DNA of 64,000 bases from positions 345 to 64,344 of the forward strand of contig JAGVGM010000348.1 in assembly GCA_020057065.1 (NCBI GenBank), in the 5' to 3' direction. Positions 47,001-54,947 of this stretch are shown piece by piece; within the stretch, counting starts at the first letter, position 1; each line of letters starts with the position of its first letter. This stretch comes from Thermodesulfovibrionia bacterium. GTDB taxonomy: Bacteria > Nitrospirota > Thermodesulfovibrionia > UBA6902. The position numbers and the translations under genes are program-made. A model generated the notes under the pieces. It worked only from the letters and a program-made list of their open reading frames with translations. It did not search any database and was not told the DNA's origin.

Positions 47001-47242
47001 TAACTCTTTCCGAGCCAATAATAAGCATCAGGATAAGCTGGCTTTAGCAATACTGCACCTTTAAATGCCTCAACGGCTTTCTCATATTCTCCTGCTTTAA
47101 AGTAGTTCAACCCGTCATCAAAATATTTCTGGGATTCTTGATACTTCAGCGCTTCCTCATTCGCGTCTGCATGGCAGAGGTGTGAAGAAAATATTAAGAC
47201 GAGCGGTATCAGAAAGAATATTATGAAATGTTTGGCAGGCAT
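44039..47242 (-). CDS. Exported TPR-repeat / CHAT-domain protein
   Basis: I set the start at ATG 47242 (the track start is a TTG 42 nt upstream). Signal peptide is MPAKHFIIFFLIPLVLIFSSHLCHA. About 600 aa of TPR repeats (AYYWLGKSY, AIEAFKEAIK...) are followed by a C-terminal CHAT domain with the His/Cys dyad IIHFASHGE / LVTLSACETA. Confidence 0.85.
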   Translation of the reverse strand: MPAKHFIIFFLIPLVLIFSSHLCHADANEEALKYQESQKYFDDGLNYFKAGEYEKAVEAFKGAVLLKPAYPDAYYWLGKSYGILGERYQQIEALKKAVELFQESIKTYNFFKVFLDWDTSSFIASNYYWLASSYEELGEYNKAIEAFKEAIKIQPNNASANLSLGFVYEKIEQYEKASEAYQEAIKLQPDDPTAYDFLAFNYRRTGQYEKAVEIYKEIIKLKPDDASPYSGLGYVYMGLKQHEKAIEAFNKAISINPEAHYDIGFAYFDMKKYDDAIKSFEETLKIRPENADLHYTFATVYSSIGKPNDAIIHLKIAQNIYNKSSNKTGEAKCFDAMGRASSNLNKDIDALNYFQKALTVYNELGNMKEVANILSSFASLHDYDTALKYQQKALELYKQINDFENIILVLGDIARIKLYIHETLDYNKEAIKDAVQAIEIAKQHNLQNTPIIYTAYFALALAYGANKDYDRALEYAEKLLSVSQKYNITDLMTLSLIITGAIYSEKEDYQQAQAFLQKAANISNEITDNHTRWNLYHGLGYISDKLGDMKEAKKQYLNAINLLETSRENAQSVVAKMSIAISANSVYENIILFLLKINEHDDAFNYTERAKSRAFLDLLGSKSKLQNNRIFEEERRLQFRINYLSEKIREAHERPDKKVNPQMELFLEKQLIEARTEYTSLMEKIKKDNPELSTLLTVNPITLKEVQELLDIDTTLLEYFITPDKTLLWVVGKSDLQVIEIPIKDKELKEKVNAFREKIANLKPEYSKDADELYNLLIKPAKPYIKTKRIGIVPHSVLHYLPFHALLNKDKFLIEEYDMFYTPSASVLKFVYEKRKKITDKVIAFGNPDIGDEKLNLPYAEDEVKKIKDTYPESVLYLKGSATEGKVKALSGNYNIIHFASHGELNPDAPLFSSIRLAKDKDEDGRLEVNEIFNLNLKNTSLVTLSACETAMGKLTNGDELVGLTRGFIYAGTPSIVASLWRVNDQSTSELMNLFYKNLKTHPKSESLRMAQLEMIRGKTGKGIVRGVGGITSSKVSEPEKVPESVTTVDGSHPYFWAPFILIGDWK

Positions 47243-47299
47243 GGAATAACTTTCGTCCTTTTTGTTATTGCGGCTTATCCGCAATCGTACTCAATAAAA

Positions 47300-47322
47300 G
47301 ATTCCGAACAAGTCGGAATGAC
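47300..47322. repeat. Single hairpin unit of GTCAT...ATGAC family
   Basis: GATTCCGA-ACAAG-TCGGAATGAC. Confidence 0.65.
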
Positions 47323-47403
47323 AAACCCCGGCAAGGGGAAATGACGCCTGCGGCTGCCTTTAAAGTCATGGGCTGTCACTAATATCCATGTGGATCGAAT
47401 ATA

Positions 47404-47778
47404 TCAGGCCAAATTTATCATCTTGACTTCGCTTCCCTTATACAAGACAAAATGAGCATCCGTTGTATAGATCTCTTTTACTTTGGCTTCTACAAGTGAA
47501 GCAATAATTAGTGAATCTAATCCGGGAATATTATACTTATGAGAAATGTGACCGGCTTTTAGCGCGACCTCTTCATTGATGGGAATAACGGAGATGGAGA
47601 GTTTAATATCATCGATAATCGAGTGCCATTTGCGAAAATGTCCCTGTAAAAGTTTTTTTTGCAGTTCAAATAAAACGACGCTGGAAGTAATTATTTCCCG
47701 ATCTTTCCATATCCTGATAGCCGTAGGATTTTGTTCTTCTAATGCAAAGAAAAAACCTGTATCAACCCCTGCAACCAT
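47404..47778 (-). CDS. vapC: PIN-domain toxin (VapC-like)
   Basis: I set the start at ATG 47778 (MVAGVDTGFFFALEE). C-terminal motif is GLDSLIIASLVEAKVKEIYTTDAHF. Overlaps the upstream RHH gene by 17 nt. Confidence 0.8.
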   Translation of the reverse strand: MVAGVDTGFFFALEEQNPTAIRIWKDREIITSSVVLFELQKKLLQGHFRKWHSIIDDIKLSISVIPINEEVALKAGHISHKYNIPGLDSLIIASLVEAKVKEIYTTDAHFVLYKGSEVKMINLA

Positions 47779-48007
47779 CAGCCCCTGTCCTTTCCCTGTG
47801 AAAATTTTCCCAGCCTTTCTTCCCTCCAAGTGGTTTATCTTTGAAGAATTTCAAGACGCGTTCTTTTGCTTTCCTTTTTTCTTCTTCGTGCAGATACTGC
47901 TCAACAGCTTCACGCAATATTTGCGAAACCGGAATCTTGGCAGCCGATGCCTTTGCTTTGATTACCTCCAATATTTTTTGACTTAGATGTAAACTAACCG
48001 CCGGCAT
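47762..48007 (-). CDS. RHH (CopG-like) antitoxin
   Basis: I set the start at ATG 48007, preceded by GGAGG-N8. Sequence is MPAVSLHLSQKILEVIKAKASAAKIPVSQILREAVEQYL. Confidence 0.75.
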   Translation of the reverse strand: MPAVSLHLSQKILEVIKAKASAAKIPVSQILREAVEQYLHEEEKRKAKERVLKFFKDKPLGGKKGWENFHRERTGADGCRG

Positions 48008-48070
48008 ATATTTCACCTCCAAAATTCATTTGAATTTATAAAAATATCATAACATTATTCGTTCTCATTC

Positions 48071-48136
48071 TGTCATACCGGACTTGATTCGGCATCCAGT
48101 GACTTTTTTCTGGATTCCCGTTTTCACGGGAATGAA
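48071..48136. repeat. Degenerate units of GTCAT...ATGAC family
   Basis: TGTCATACCGGACTTGATTCGGCATCCAGTGAC and GGATTCCCG-TTTTCA-CGGGAATGAAG. Confidence 0.6.
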
Positions 48137-48191
48137 GAAAGCAGAGCTACGACCCTGAAATAAGTTCACGATAACAGCAATAGATATTAAT

Positions 48192-51100
48192 CTACGATTC
48201 CTTGTATTCATCTATTTCCCCGTCTTCATCATAGTCCAGTCCATAAAGGTCAATCTTTCCATCCCCATTAGTATCATAAGCCCATGTATCAAGTTTCTGG
48301 TTTTTATTGGTGTCGTAAGCTCTTGCATCTATCTTCCCGTCTTCATCACTGTCTAAATCAATATAATCAAGCACCTTGTCATGATTTAAGTCCACAAGGT
48401 ACATATCCATCTTTCCATTTCCGTTTAAATCAACTCCTGCCGCATCTGTAACTCCATCATCGTTAAGATCAATCTCATAATACTTAGCATTTTTTAGAGG
48501 ATCGTTAATTGATACCTTTTGAGCTACAGGTCTTTGGGCAAAACGGCTTTCCTTCTTCTCCATAAATTCCTTGATCACATCCACAGAAACAGCAAAATTA
48601 AGACCTTCTCCTTTTTTTACAAATGAATTTATGCCAATGAGTTCAGCCTTATCATTCAAAAGAGGCCCACCTGAATTTCCAGGATTGATGGGGGTTTGAG
48701 TTTGGATTACTCTGCTCTTATGCTTCACTTTATCAGTGTAGGCCCACTCGTAATCAGGTCTAATCTGGCTGATTATTCCTTTTGTATAGGTCCATATCTC
48801 CCCTTCAGGATGTCCTATTGCATGGACTTCCTGTGCTATTTCAACTTCATCCATGGAACCCAGTTTAACCACTGGAAGTTTATCCGGTGGGTATTCGATT
48901 TTTAGAAGGGCAAGGTCTGTTATCTCATCAACTTTGATAACCTTGGCAGTATAGGCATTTTCTTTTTTCAACCCGACACCTTTTTGGGGCTTAAAAAAGA
49001 CAACCACTCTGTCATATCCATTAATAACATGCCAGTTAGTGAGTACATTCCCTTGGTTATTTAAAACAGAACCTGATCCAATGCTCTCATCAGTTCCTAC
49101 AAGCACCACAGCAGGAGACACTTCTTTGTAAACCTGAACCCCTCCAACTCCCCTGCTATCTTCAAGTAAGAGGTTCTTATTTATATTTTTAAAATTATTT
49201 TCTATAGCTTTTTCATTTGTGGTTCTTTCTGAAGTATCAAGTATTTTTATCAACGACGGTTCACTACTTCTAATGAGGATGTTATTAAGTTCAGAAATCT
49301 CTTTTCCTTTTTTAGTTATATTCTTAGACATCAATGGCTTGTTACCAATATGTCTGAAACTAATAGCCCTGACCACTGCGCCTGTTCCTTTTACAATTTC
49401 AGTAACACTTTGAATTGCTTTTCCTCCTTTAAGGTGAAAGCTTTTTGCTTTTCCCTCTGTAATTCCGCCAACGCCTCTTTCAACTAATTGAATTTCGTTT
49501 CTTACTTTACTTGAAATAGCCTTTTTCTGTTCTGATGTAACACCCTCCATCTTACCAAGCATCTGCTCAATATTGTTTAAAGGTTTTTCAGATGCGAGCA
49601 CATAGATAGTTTCTGTTCCTATGTTTTCATCAAGCCAAAACCATTGTCCTTCTGCAGGGACAGAATAATCTTTTCCATTTTCAATTTTATTGCTCAAAGG
49701 AATTTTAGGATCGGGGAACAGTTGGCTCGCTTCACCGTTGCTATCATAGATAAGGATATAAATATATGCATCTTTATTAGAACTGAAATGTACCTGAAAA
49801 TTATCATATGAACGAAGAATGCCGCCCTCCCTGATAATCACTTCCGAAACAGACCCATCAGATTCTTCTCTCTGCCCTATGATGTTCATGGACAATTCAA
49901 GTGGTGAAGTATTTGTTATAGCATCTACCTTTTGCGATTGTATTGATGAGGTATTTTCATCAGTTGGTTTAACCTTTCCCTTAATGCTATAGAAAATTGC
50001 CACCAGTGCAAATACTATCAGTATTCCATAAATAATCTTTGAGAAAGCCTTTTTTGAGTGTTTATCGGAATCACTATCAGGGGATCGAAACTTATTATCT
50101 TTTTTGTCCATTGGAATCTCCTTGTGAGCACCTGCAAATTGTAAAGATTCAGTCTCTGCAGTTGCTGTCTTTGTAAATATTTCAAATGAAGGGTCTCCGT
50201 AGAGCATATAGCTTGCCCAGATAATATTATTCTTACCGTAAATTTCAATAAGCTGTTTTCTGGCTTTCAATAGAGCTTGCCCTATAGAGGCATTCTCAGC
50301 AACTGCCCTGTAAAATTCGATTGCAAATACTGAACTGGGGGAATCGAGCACTTCCCAGAATGTACCTATATAGTGAGTAACCCCGGCAAGAAGAAAGGCA
50401 TTTGCAAGACCATAAATCTCATTTTCAAAGCCTTCGGTAATGTTCCACTCACCGGTGCGTCCTGAATGACAGGCATTTGCAAAAATTAGTGATGGTAAGG
50501 GTGCACTGCCTGCCATTTTGATAATATCTGAAGCAGTCATTTTTCCATCATACATAACCCATCCGCTTTGAGAAGGATTATTGAGGTCATAATCTGCATG
50601 TCCTGCATAATGGACAATATCAAAATCACGCATGTTCTTTTTTATATATTGAATATCTGTTTGACTGCTTACCAAACTTACTTTGATTTTTTCGGCTTTT
50701 TCGCTAAGTTCATCACGGATTTTTATTCCTTCTTTGTATGCTGCCTCAAGATTTCCTTGAGGATCAGCCATAATAAGCACATTAAGAGACTCTCTTTTTC
50801 CGCGTTTTTGTATTCTTACCATGCTCTGCTTGGTGCTGACAATCCTTCCAATACCAAACTTCAGGCAGAGAAACTCCTCTCCATCAAAAAGAAGTTCCCA
50901 TGGAATATGAACTAACTGGTCATCCAAATATAAAACAAGCGTATCCGATAAGGTAGAGCGCAAAGAATTCTTTGCCTTTGGAGTTAGAAGTTCATCGTAA
51001 AGATTCTGACCTGCCTTTTTGAGGTCATTGATTACTTCCGGAACTATCTCACCACGTCTATTCGCTCTGTTGAGCAGAGTAACAACTTCTTTACAAAGCC

Positions 51101-51242
51101 TGTTTATCTCATTAAAAGAAATCCGGTGGTCTTCATAATGCTTTAACGTCTGCCCGTCAACTGAGGCTTTTTCATAAGCGCTGACCCTTATCTTTTCACC
51201 TTCTCTAATCAGGTCGAGTATAAAAACAGATGCCTTGCTCAT
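48192..51242 (-). CDS. Membrane-spanning CHAT (caspase-like) / DUF4384-like / trypsin-like serine protease / Asp-rich repeat fusion protein
   Basis: 1016 aa. CHAT spans aa ~100-355 (HYAGH215ADYD, FANAC258HSG). TM spans aa ~401-420 (SKIIYGILIVFALVAIFYSI). The DUF4384-like part is DAYIYILIYDSNGEASQLFP. The S1-type triad is TNWH738V, ITD776LALL, GNS857GGPL. The C-terminus carries DxDxDG-like repeats. The start overlaps the anti-sigma stop (ATGA). Confidence 0.85.
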   Translation of the reverse strand: MSKASVFILDLIREGEKIRVSAYEKASVDGQTLKHYEDHRISFNEINRLCKEVVTLLNRANRRGEIVPEVINDLKKAGQNLYDELLTPKAKNSLRSTLSDTLVLYLDDQLVHIPWELLFDGEEFLCLKFGIGRIVSTKQSMVRIQKRGKRESLNVLIMADPQGNLEAAYKEGIKIRDELSEKAEKIKVSLVSSQTDIQYIKKNMRDFDIVHYAGHADYDLNNPSQSGWVMYDGKMTASDIIKMAGSAPLPSLIFANACHSGRTGEWNITEGFENEIYGLANAFLLAGVTHYIGTFWEVLDSPSSVFAIEFYRAVAENASIGQALLKARKQLIEIYGKNNIIWASYMLYGDPSFEIFTKTATAETESLQFAGAHKEIPMDKKDNKFRSPDSDSDKHSKKAFSKIIYGILIVFALVAIFYSIKGKVKPTDENTSSIQSQKVDAITNTSPLELSMNIIGQREESDGSVSEVIIREGGILRSYDNFQVHFSSNKDAYIYILIYDSNGEASQLFPDPKIPLSNKIENGKDYSVPAEGQWFWLDENIGTETIYVLASEKPLNNIEQMLGKMEGVTSEQKKAISSKVRNEIQLVERGVGGITEGKAKSFHLKGGKAIQSVTEIVKGTGAVVRAISFRHIGNKPLMSKNITKKGKEISELNNILIRSSEPSLIKILDTSERTTNEKAIENNFKNINKNLLLEDSRGVGGVQVYKEVSPAVVLVGTDESIGSGSVLNNQGNVLTNWHVINGYDRVVVFFKPQKGVGLKKENAYTAKVIKVDEITDLALLKIEYPPDKLPVVKLGSMDEVEIAQEVHAIGHPEGEIWTYTKGIISQIRPDYEWAYTDKVKHKSRVIQTQTPINPGNSGGPLLNDKAELIGINSFVKKGEGLNFAVSVDVIKEFMEKKESRFAQRPVAQKVSINDPLKNAKYYEIDLNDDGVTDAAGVDLNGNGKMDMYLVDLNHDKVLDYIDLDSDEDGKIDARAYDTNKNQKLDTWAYDTNGDGKIDLYGLDYDEDGEIDEYKES

Positions 51243-51949
51243 TTAACAGACTCCAGTTCCAGCGATATTCTGCCTATGACTTCTTTGCTTTTAACAATAT
51301 GCAGTTCGTAAATGCCATTCTGGATATTCTTAAAAGAAACCTGTCCGTTAATGGTCATAAATGAGGCAAGTTCCCTTTTCCCTAAAAGCAGATTAATTCT
51401 TAGATCATTTATTAGCGCGCCTGATTTACTATCAGATGTTTTTATATTCATTTCATAAGTAATGTCATCAACTCTCTCAACAATTATATCAACCTTGATT
51501 TCATCAAATGTGTTACTTAAGTGAACTACGTTCTTCATTTCTGCTGTAGTCCCCTGTCTAACTCCCGCAGTAGCAAGTCCCAAAGGAGTGAACATAGCGC
51601 CTGTATCCTTGAGAATTCTCACGGAATCTTTTGCAAATTCCAATACGACCTCAAGCAGGGATTTATAAGTTTTCGCCTTTACAAGGCTTTTTGCCCTGTC
51701 AGTAATTCCCTGAGAAGCTCTCATTAATTCTTCCTTCTCAAGGCCCTGTTTTACCCGGTGAAGAATTGTGCTCTGTTTACGGCAGGCGCTGCACAGATAA
51801 AGATGATTCTCAACTTTTTCTCTGGCTGCATTATCTAATATATTGTTAAGGTATGCGGCAAAGAGTTCTTCTGAGAGACATTCAGTGTGTTCTTTGTCTT
51901 CAGAATTCCTGCTGATGAGGACTTTTAGAAGTTTATCGTAATTATCCAT
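51239..51949 (-). CDS. Putative anti-sigma factor (zf-HC2 type), apparently soluble
   Basis: 236 aa with an N-terminal H-x3-C-x2-C motif (VENHLYLCSACRKQ). I see no convincing TM helix. The C-terminal half is beta-rich. It lies between the ECF sigma and the CHAT protease. Confidence 0.65.
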   Translation of the reverse strand: MDNYDKLLKVLISRNSEDKEHTECLSEELFAAYLNNILDNAAREKVENHLYLCSACRKQSTILHRVKQGLEKEELMRASQGITDRAKSLVKAKTYKSLLEVVLEFAKDSVRILKDTGAMFTPLGLATAGVRQGTTAEMKNVVHLSNTFDEIKVDIIVERVDDITYEMNIKTSDSKSGALINDLRINLLLGKRELASFMTINGQVSFKNIQNGIYELHIVKSKEVIGRISLELESVK

Positions 51950-51990
51950 AGCGCTCCCTTTTCTTCTCTTTCTTAAAAGACAACCACAGC

Positions 51991-52611
51991 CTATATTTCT
52001 TGCAACAAATTTTTCTTCTTTGCGATCTTCTGTAATTTATCAATAATCCTGCTTTTCTTGCTGTAGATGGCGCTGACCGATAAATTTATAATCCCTGCGA
52101 TTTCTTCGGGCTGCAACTCATCCTCAAAACAATACTTGAGAAATAACTTGTCATTAGGGCTTAGTCCCTCGATAAGCTCTCTTAACAGTTCAGCTTTCTC
52201 CGATTCCTTAATCTGCTCAATAACTGAAGGTTGAGGGTCTGGAATAGTATCTTTAAAGGTTCTTTCTTCGCTATCTGATCGATCATCCAATGAAATGGAG
52301 TCTTTATTCCTCTTAATGAAATTCAAGGTGGTATTCGTAGTGATAATCATTATCCAGCTTGAGACTGTACAACCATTAATCCCCTTGTACTGTCTTAATT
52401 TTTTGTAATCATTTTCAATCAGCGACAAAAAGACACTGTTATGTATATCCTCCAGATCCTGATACATAAAATTCGGACAATATATTTTCAGAGTTTTGTG
52501 AAGCGTATGATATACGAGGTCCGTATATCTTTCGACAAACTTATCCCATGCCGTTTTGTCCCCTTTGATACATGAGTTTAACAAATCCTTTTCTGAAAGC
52601 TCAGTGTTCAT
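51991..52611 (-). CDS. ECF-type RNA polymerase sigma factor
   Basis: I set the start at ATG 52611 (MNTELSEKDLL). Region 2 is FVERYTDLVYHTLHK...DIHNSVFLSLIEN. Region 4 is LSPNDKLFLKYCFEDELQPEEIAGIINLSVSAIYSKKSRI. Confidence 0.85.
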   Translation of the reverse strand: MNTELSEKDLLNSCIKGDKTAWDKFVERYTDLVYHTLHKTLKIYCPNFMYQDLEDIHNSVFLSLIENDYKKLRQYKGINGCTVSSWIMIITTNTTLNFIKRNKDSISLDDRSDSEERTFKDTIPDPQPSVIEQIKESEKAELLRELIEGLSPNDKLFLKYCFEDELQPEEIAGIINLSVSAIYSKKSRIIDKLQKIAKKKNLLQEI

Positions 52612-52633
52612 GTCCCGGAATTTTAATTGTTTA

Positions 52634-52662
52634 ATTATATTACCGCAAGAGGAGATTGTAAA
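52634..52662 (-). promoter_or_regulatory. Sigma-70-type promoter for the sigma/anti-sigma/CHAT unit
   Basis: The minus strand reads TTTACA (52662-52657) - 17 nt - TATAAT (52639-52634), about 23 nt upstream of ATG 52611. Confidence 0.55.
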
Positions 52663-52722
52663 CACTATCTATAAACAACCCATTCACAACAAAATCAAAA
52701 ATGTTAAAATCATAACGATAAG

Positions 52723-53442
52723 ATGAAAGAACAAGTATGTTTAGGCAACTGGACCAGGGAGACACTGGATATTCTTTTATATGAATCCTGGGCGATAACT
52801 GATACCGGCAAAAGGATAGACTTTCTTTCCGGAAAATTCCTTGGCGTTGAATACAGAGAATCAACATTAATAGGTGATATAAATACAACAGAAATACTCG
52901 TCATCAATCTTAACGGTGTTGATTGCTTCACCTTTCTTGATTGCATCGAGGCGATGAGGATATCGAACTCCTTTTCTGAATTTAAGGAAAACCTCAAGAA
53001 AGTAAGATATCAGTCGGGGAAGATTGTCTTTGAAAACAGAAACCACTTTTTCACTGACTGGAGAGAATACAATTCAGACTTGGTCGGAGATATAACAGAA
53101 CACGTCAGCAAGGGAAAAAGCTCACAGGTAAAAAAAATACTGAACCGAAAAGATGTCGGAACCTGTTTCCTACCAGGCATTTCATGCAGGGAAAGACAAA
53201 TTGTCTATATCCCTGCCGGAAACGTTGCTGATGCAGTAATTGAAAACCTGAGAACAGGCGATTACATCGGAATATATTCGGAGAAGCCGGGACTGGACGT
53301 ATCACATGTCGGGATTCTCATGAAAAATAAAGAAGATGTTCTTTTCAGACACGCTTCAAAAAGCAGTATGAGAGTTGTTGATGAAGATTTCAGAAATTAT
53401 ATAGCTGACAAGCCCGGGATTGTAGTATTGAGGCCGATGTAG
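52723..53442 (+). CDS. DUF1460-type N-acetylmuramoyl-L-alanine amidase-like protein
   Basis: 239 aa with NLNGVDCFTFLDCIEAMR, NRNHFFTDW and GDYIGIYSEKPGLDVSHVGIL. Its TAG stop lies inside the palindrome at 53439-53467. Adjacent to ampG. Confidence 0.6.
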   Translation: MKEQVCLGNWTRETLDILLYESWAITDTGKRIDFLSGKFLGVEYRESTLIGDINTTEILVINLNGVDCFTFLDCIEAMRISNSFSEFKENLKKVRYQSGKIVFENRNHFFTDWREYNSDLVGDITEHVSKGKSSQVKKILNRKDVGTCFLPGISCRERQIVYIPAGNVADAVIENLRTGDYIGIYSEKPGLDVSHVGILMKNKEDVLFRHASKSSMRVVDEDFRNYIADKPGIVVLRPM

Positions 53443-53467
53443 GGGCGGGTTTGAAACCCGCCCTTAC
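53439..53467. repeat. GC-stem palindrome (same family as 9884-9912)
   Basis: GTAGGGGCGGGTTTGAAACCCGCCCTTAC. Confidence 0.85.
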
Positions 53468-53475
53468 AATAATAT

Positions 53476-54684
53476 ATGAGTATGCTTAAAACCATCTTCA
53501 GTCGCCGCATGCTGGTATCCTTCCTCATGGGATTTTCCAGCGGTTTGCCGCTACTCCTGACCATAACGGTTTTACAGGCGTGGATGAAGGAAGAAGGAGT
53601 GGACTTGACCGTCATCGGTTTCATGTCCCTCGTCGGACTTCCGTACACAGTGAAATTTCTTTGGGCGCCTGTTATGGACCGCTTCACCCTGCCCTTCCTG
53701 GGACGCAGAAGAGGATGGCTGTTGACTGCACAGGCTGCAATGATCTGCTCAACTATTTTACTTGGTATTTCAGACCCGAAAAATCCCTGGATGATCGCGG
53801 TTGCTGCATTTCTTGTAACTTTTTTCAGCGCATCTCAGGATATCGTAGTGGACGCCTATCGGCGTGAAGACCTTGCTGATAATGAACTGGGTTTGGGTTC
53901 TTCACTTTACGTTAACGGTTATCGCGTTGGGATGCTCCTTGCCTCTGGAGGCGGACTTATTATGGCTGACCATATATCCTTTTCAGCAGTTTATCTAATT
54001 ATGGCCGCCTGTATGCTTGCAGGAGTTGTAACTACATTATTGACACCTGAACCAATTATACTTATCGAAACGCCGAGAAGCTTAAAAGAAGCTGTTTTCA
54101 ACCCTCTGACTGAATACTTTTCCAGACAGGGGGCCTGGTTGATACTCGCTTTTATCCTTCTTTATAAAATAGGCGATACCATGGCAAGCGCAATGACTAC
54201 GCCATTTTATCTCGATGTCGGCTTTTCAAAGACAGAGATTGGCACTGTAGTGAAACTTTTCGGTTTCTGGGCCACTATTATCGGAAGCCTGTTAGGAGGA
54301 GTAATAATGCTGGGTCTGGGGATATATCGTTCCCTCTGGATATTCGGTTTTTTCCAGGCGATATCAACTGCCGGTTTTGCACTGCTGGCAAATATCGGAT
54401 ACAGTGTACCGGCGCTTGCCGGAGTGATCGCTTTTGAAAATCTGAGCGGGGGCATGGGGACCGCTGCTTATGTTGCATTTATGGGAAGCATTACAAACAG
54501 GAAGTTCACCGCAACCCAATACGCCCTTCTGAGCAGCCTTATGGGCATACCAAGAGTACTGGCGTCCGCCCCGACAGGGTATCTTGCAAAAAATCTTGGC
54601 TGGACAAATTTTTTCATCATTTGTACCCTGATTGCGATCCCGGGTATGCTGCTTTTGTTGAAACTTGCTCCCAAAGAGGATTAA
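53476..54684 (+). CDS. ampG: AmpG-family muropeptide MFS permease
   Basis: 402 aa and about 12 TM, with GFSSGLPLLL, LWAPVMDRF...GRRRGWL and QDIVVDAYR. Confidence 0.8.
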   Translation: MSMLKTIFSRRMLVSFLMGFSSGLPLLLTITVLQAWMKEEGVDLTVIGFMSLVGLPYTVKFLWAPVMDRFTLPFLGRRRGWLLTAQAAMICSTILLGISDPKNPWMIAVAAFLVTFFSASQDIVVDAYRREDLADNELGLGSSLYVNGYRVGMLLASGGGLIMADHISFSAVYLIMAACMLAGVVTTLLTPEPIILIETPRSLKEAVFNPLTEYFSRQGAWLILAFILLYKIGDTMASAMTTPFYLDVGFSKTEIGTVVKLFGFWATIIGSLLGGVIMLGLGIYRSLWIFGFFQAISTAGFALLANIGYSVPALAGVIAFENLSGGMGTAAYVAFMGSITNRKFTATQYALLSSLMGIPRVLASAPTGYLAKNLGWTNFFIICTLIAIPGMLLLLKLAPKED

Positions 54685-54872
54685 CTCAGAAAATGCAGAT
54701 ATTGTCCCAAAATATAAAAATCCGAAATGTGTCACGGCACACTCATGTCCCTGTCCTCTACTGTGCAACTCTACTTTTTGAGAATCTAAATAAGTAACTT
54801 TTTCCCCAATCTATATTATAAGTCCTTAATAATTAAAATAGAATTAGAAATCATATTTATTTACTACCCTGC

Positions 54873-54888
54873 TGGCACTATAATTGCA
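54873..54888 (+). promoter_or_regulatory. Sigma-54 (-24/-12) promoter
   Basis: CTGGCAC-TATAA-TTGCA matches the YTGGCAC-N5-TTGCW consensus, with GG at 54874-75 and GC at 54886-87 (12-nt spacing). It lies 18 nt upstream of ATG 54906. Confidence 0.7.
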
Positions 54889-54947
54889 AAGATACTTTAC
54901 AGTTTATGGATATCTATGTAAATCAATTAAGCAATAGGGAGGAACGT

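Noticed and set aside
44039-47284. TPR-CHAT as Csx29 of a type III-E CRISPR-Cas (Craspase) locus
   Set aside because: There is no Cas7-11/gRAMP-sized gene, no CRISPR array and no csx30/csx31-like genes nearby. The protein also has a signal peptide and is larger than the Csx29 size I recall (about 750 aa, from memory). I use the Craspase locus only as a functional analogy.
52640-52997. Minus-strand ORFs of 82 and 95 aa upstream of the ECF sigma gene
   Set aside because: They overlap the 5' part of the plus-strand DUF1460 gene in antisense and span the promoter region. They have no SD or motifs.
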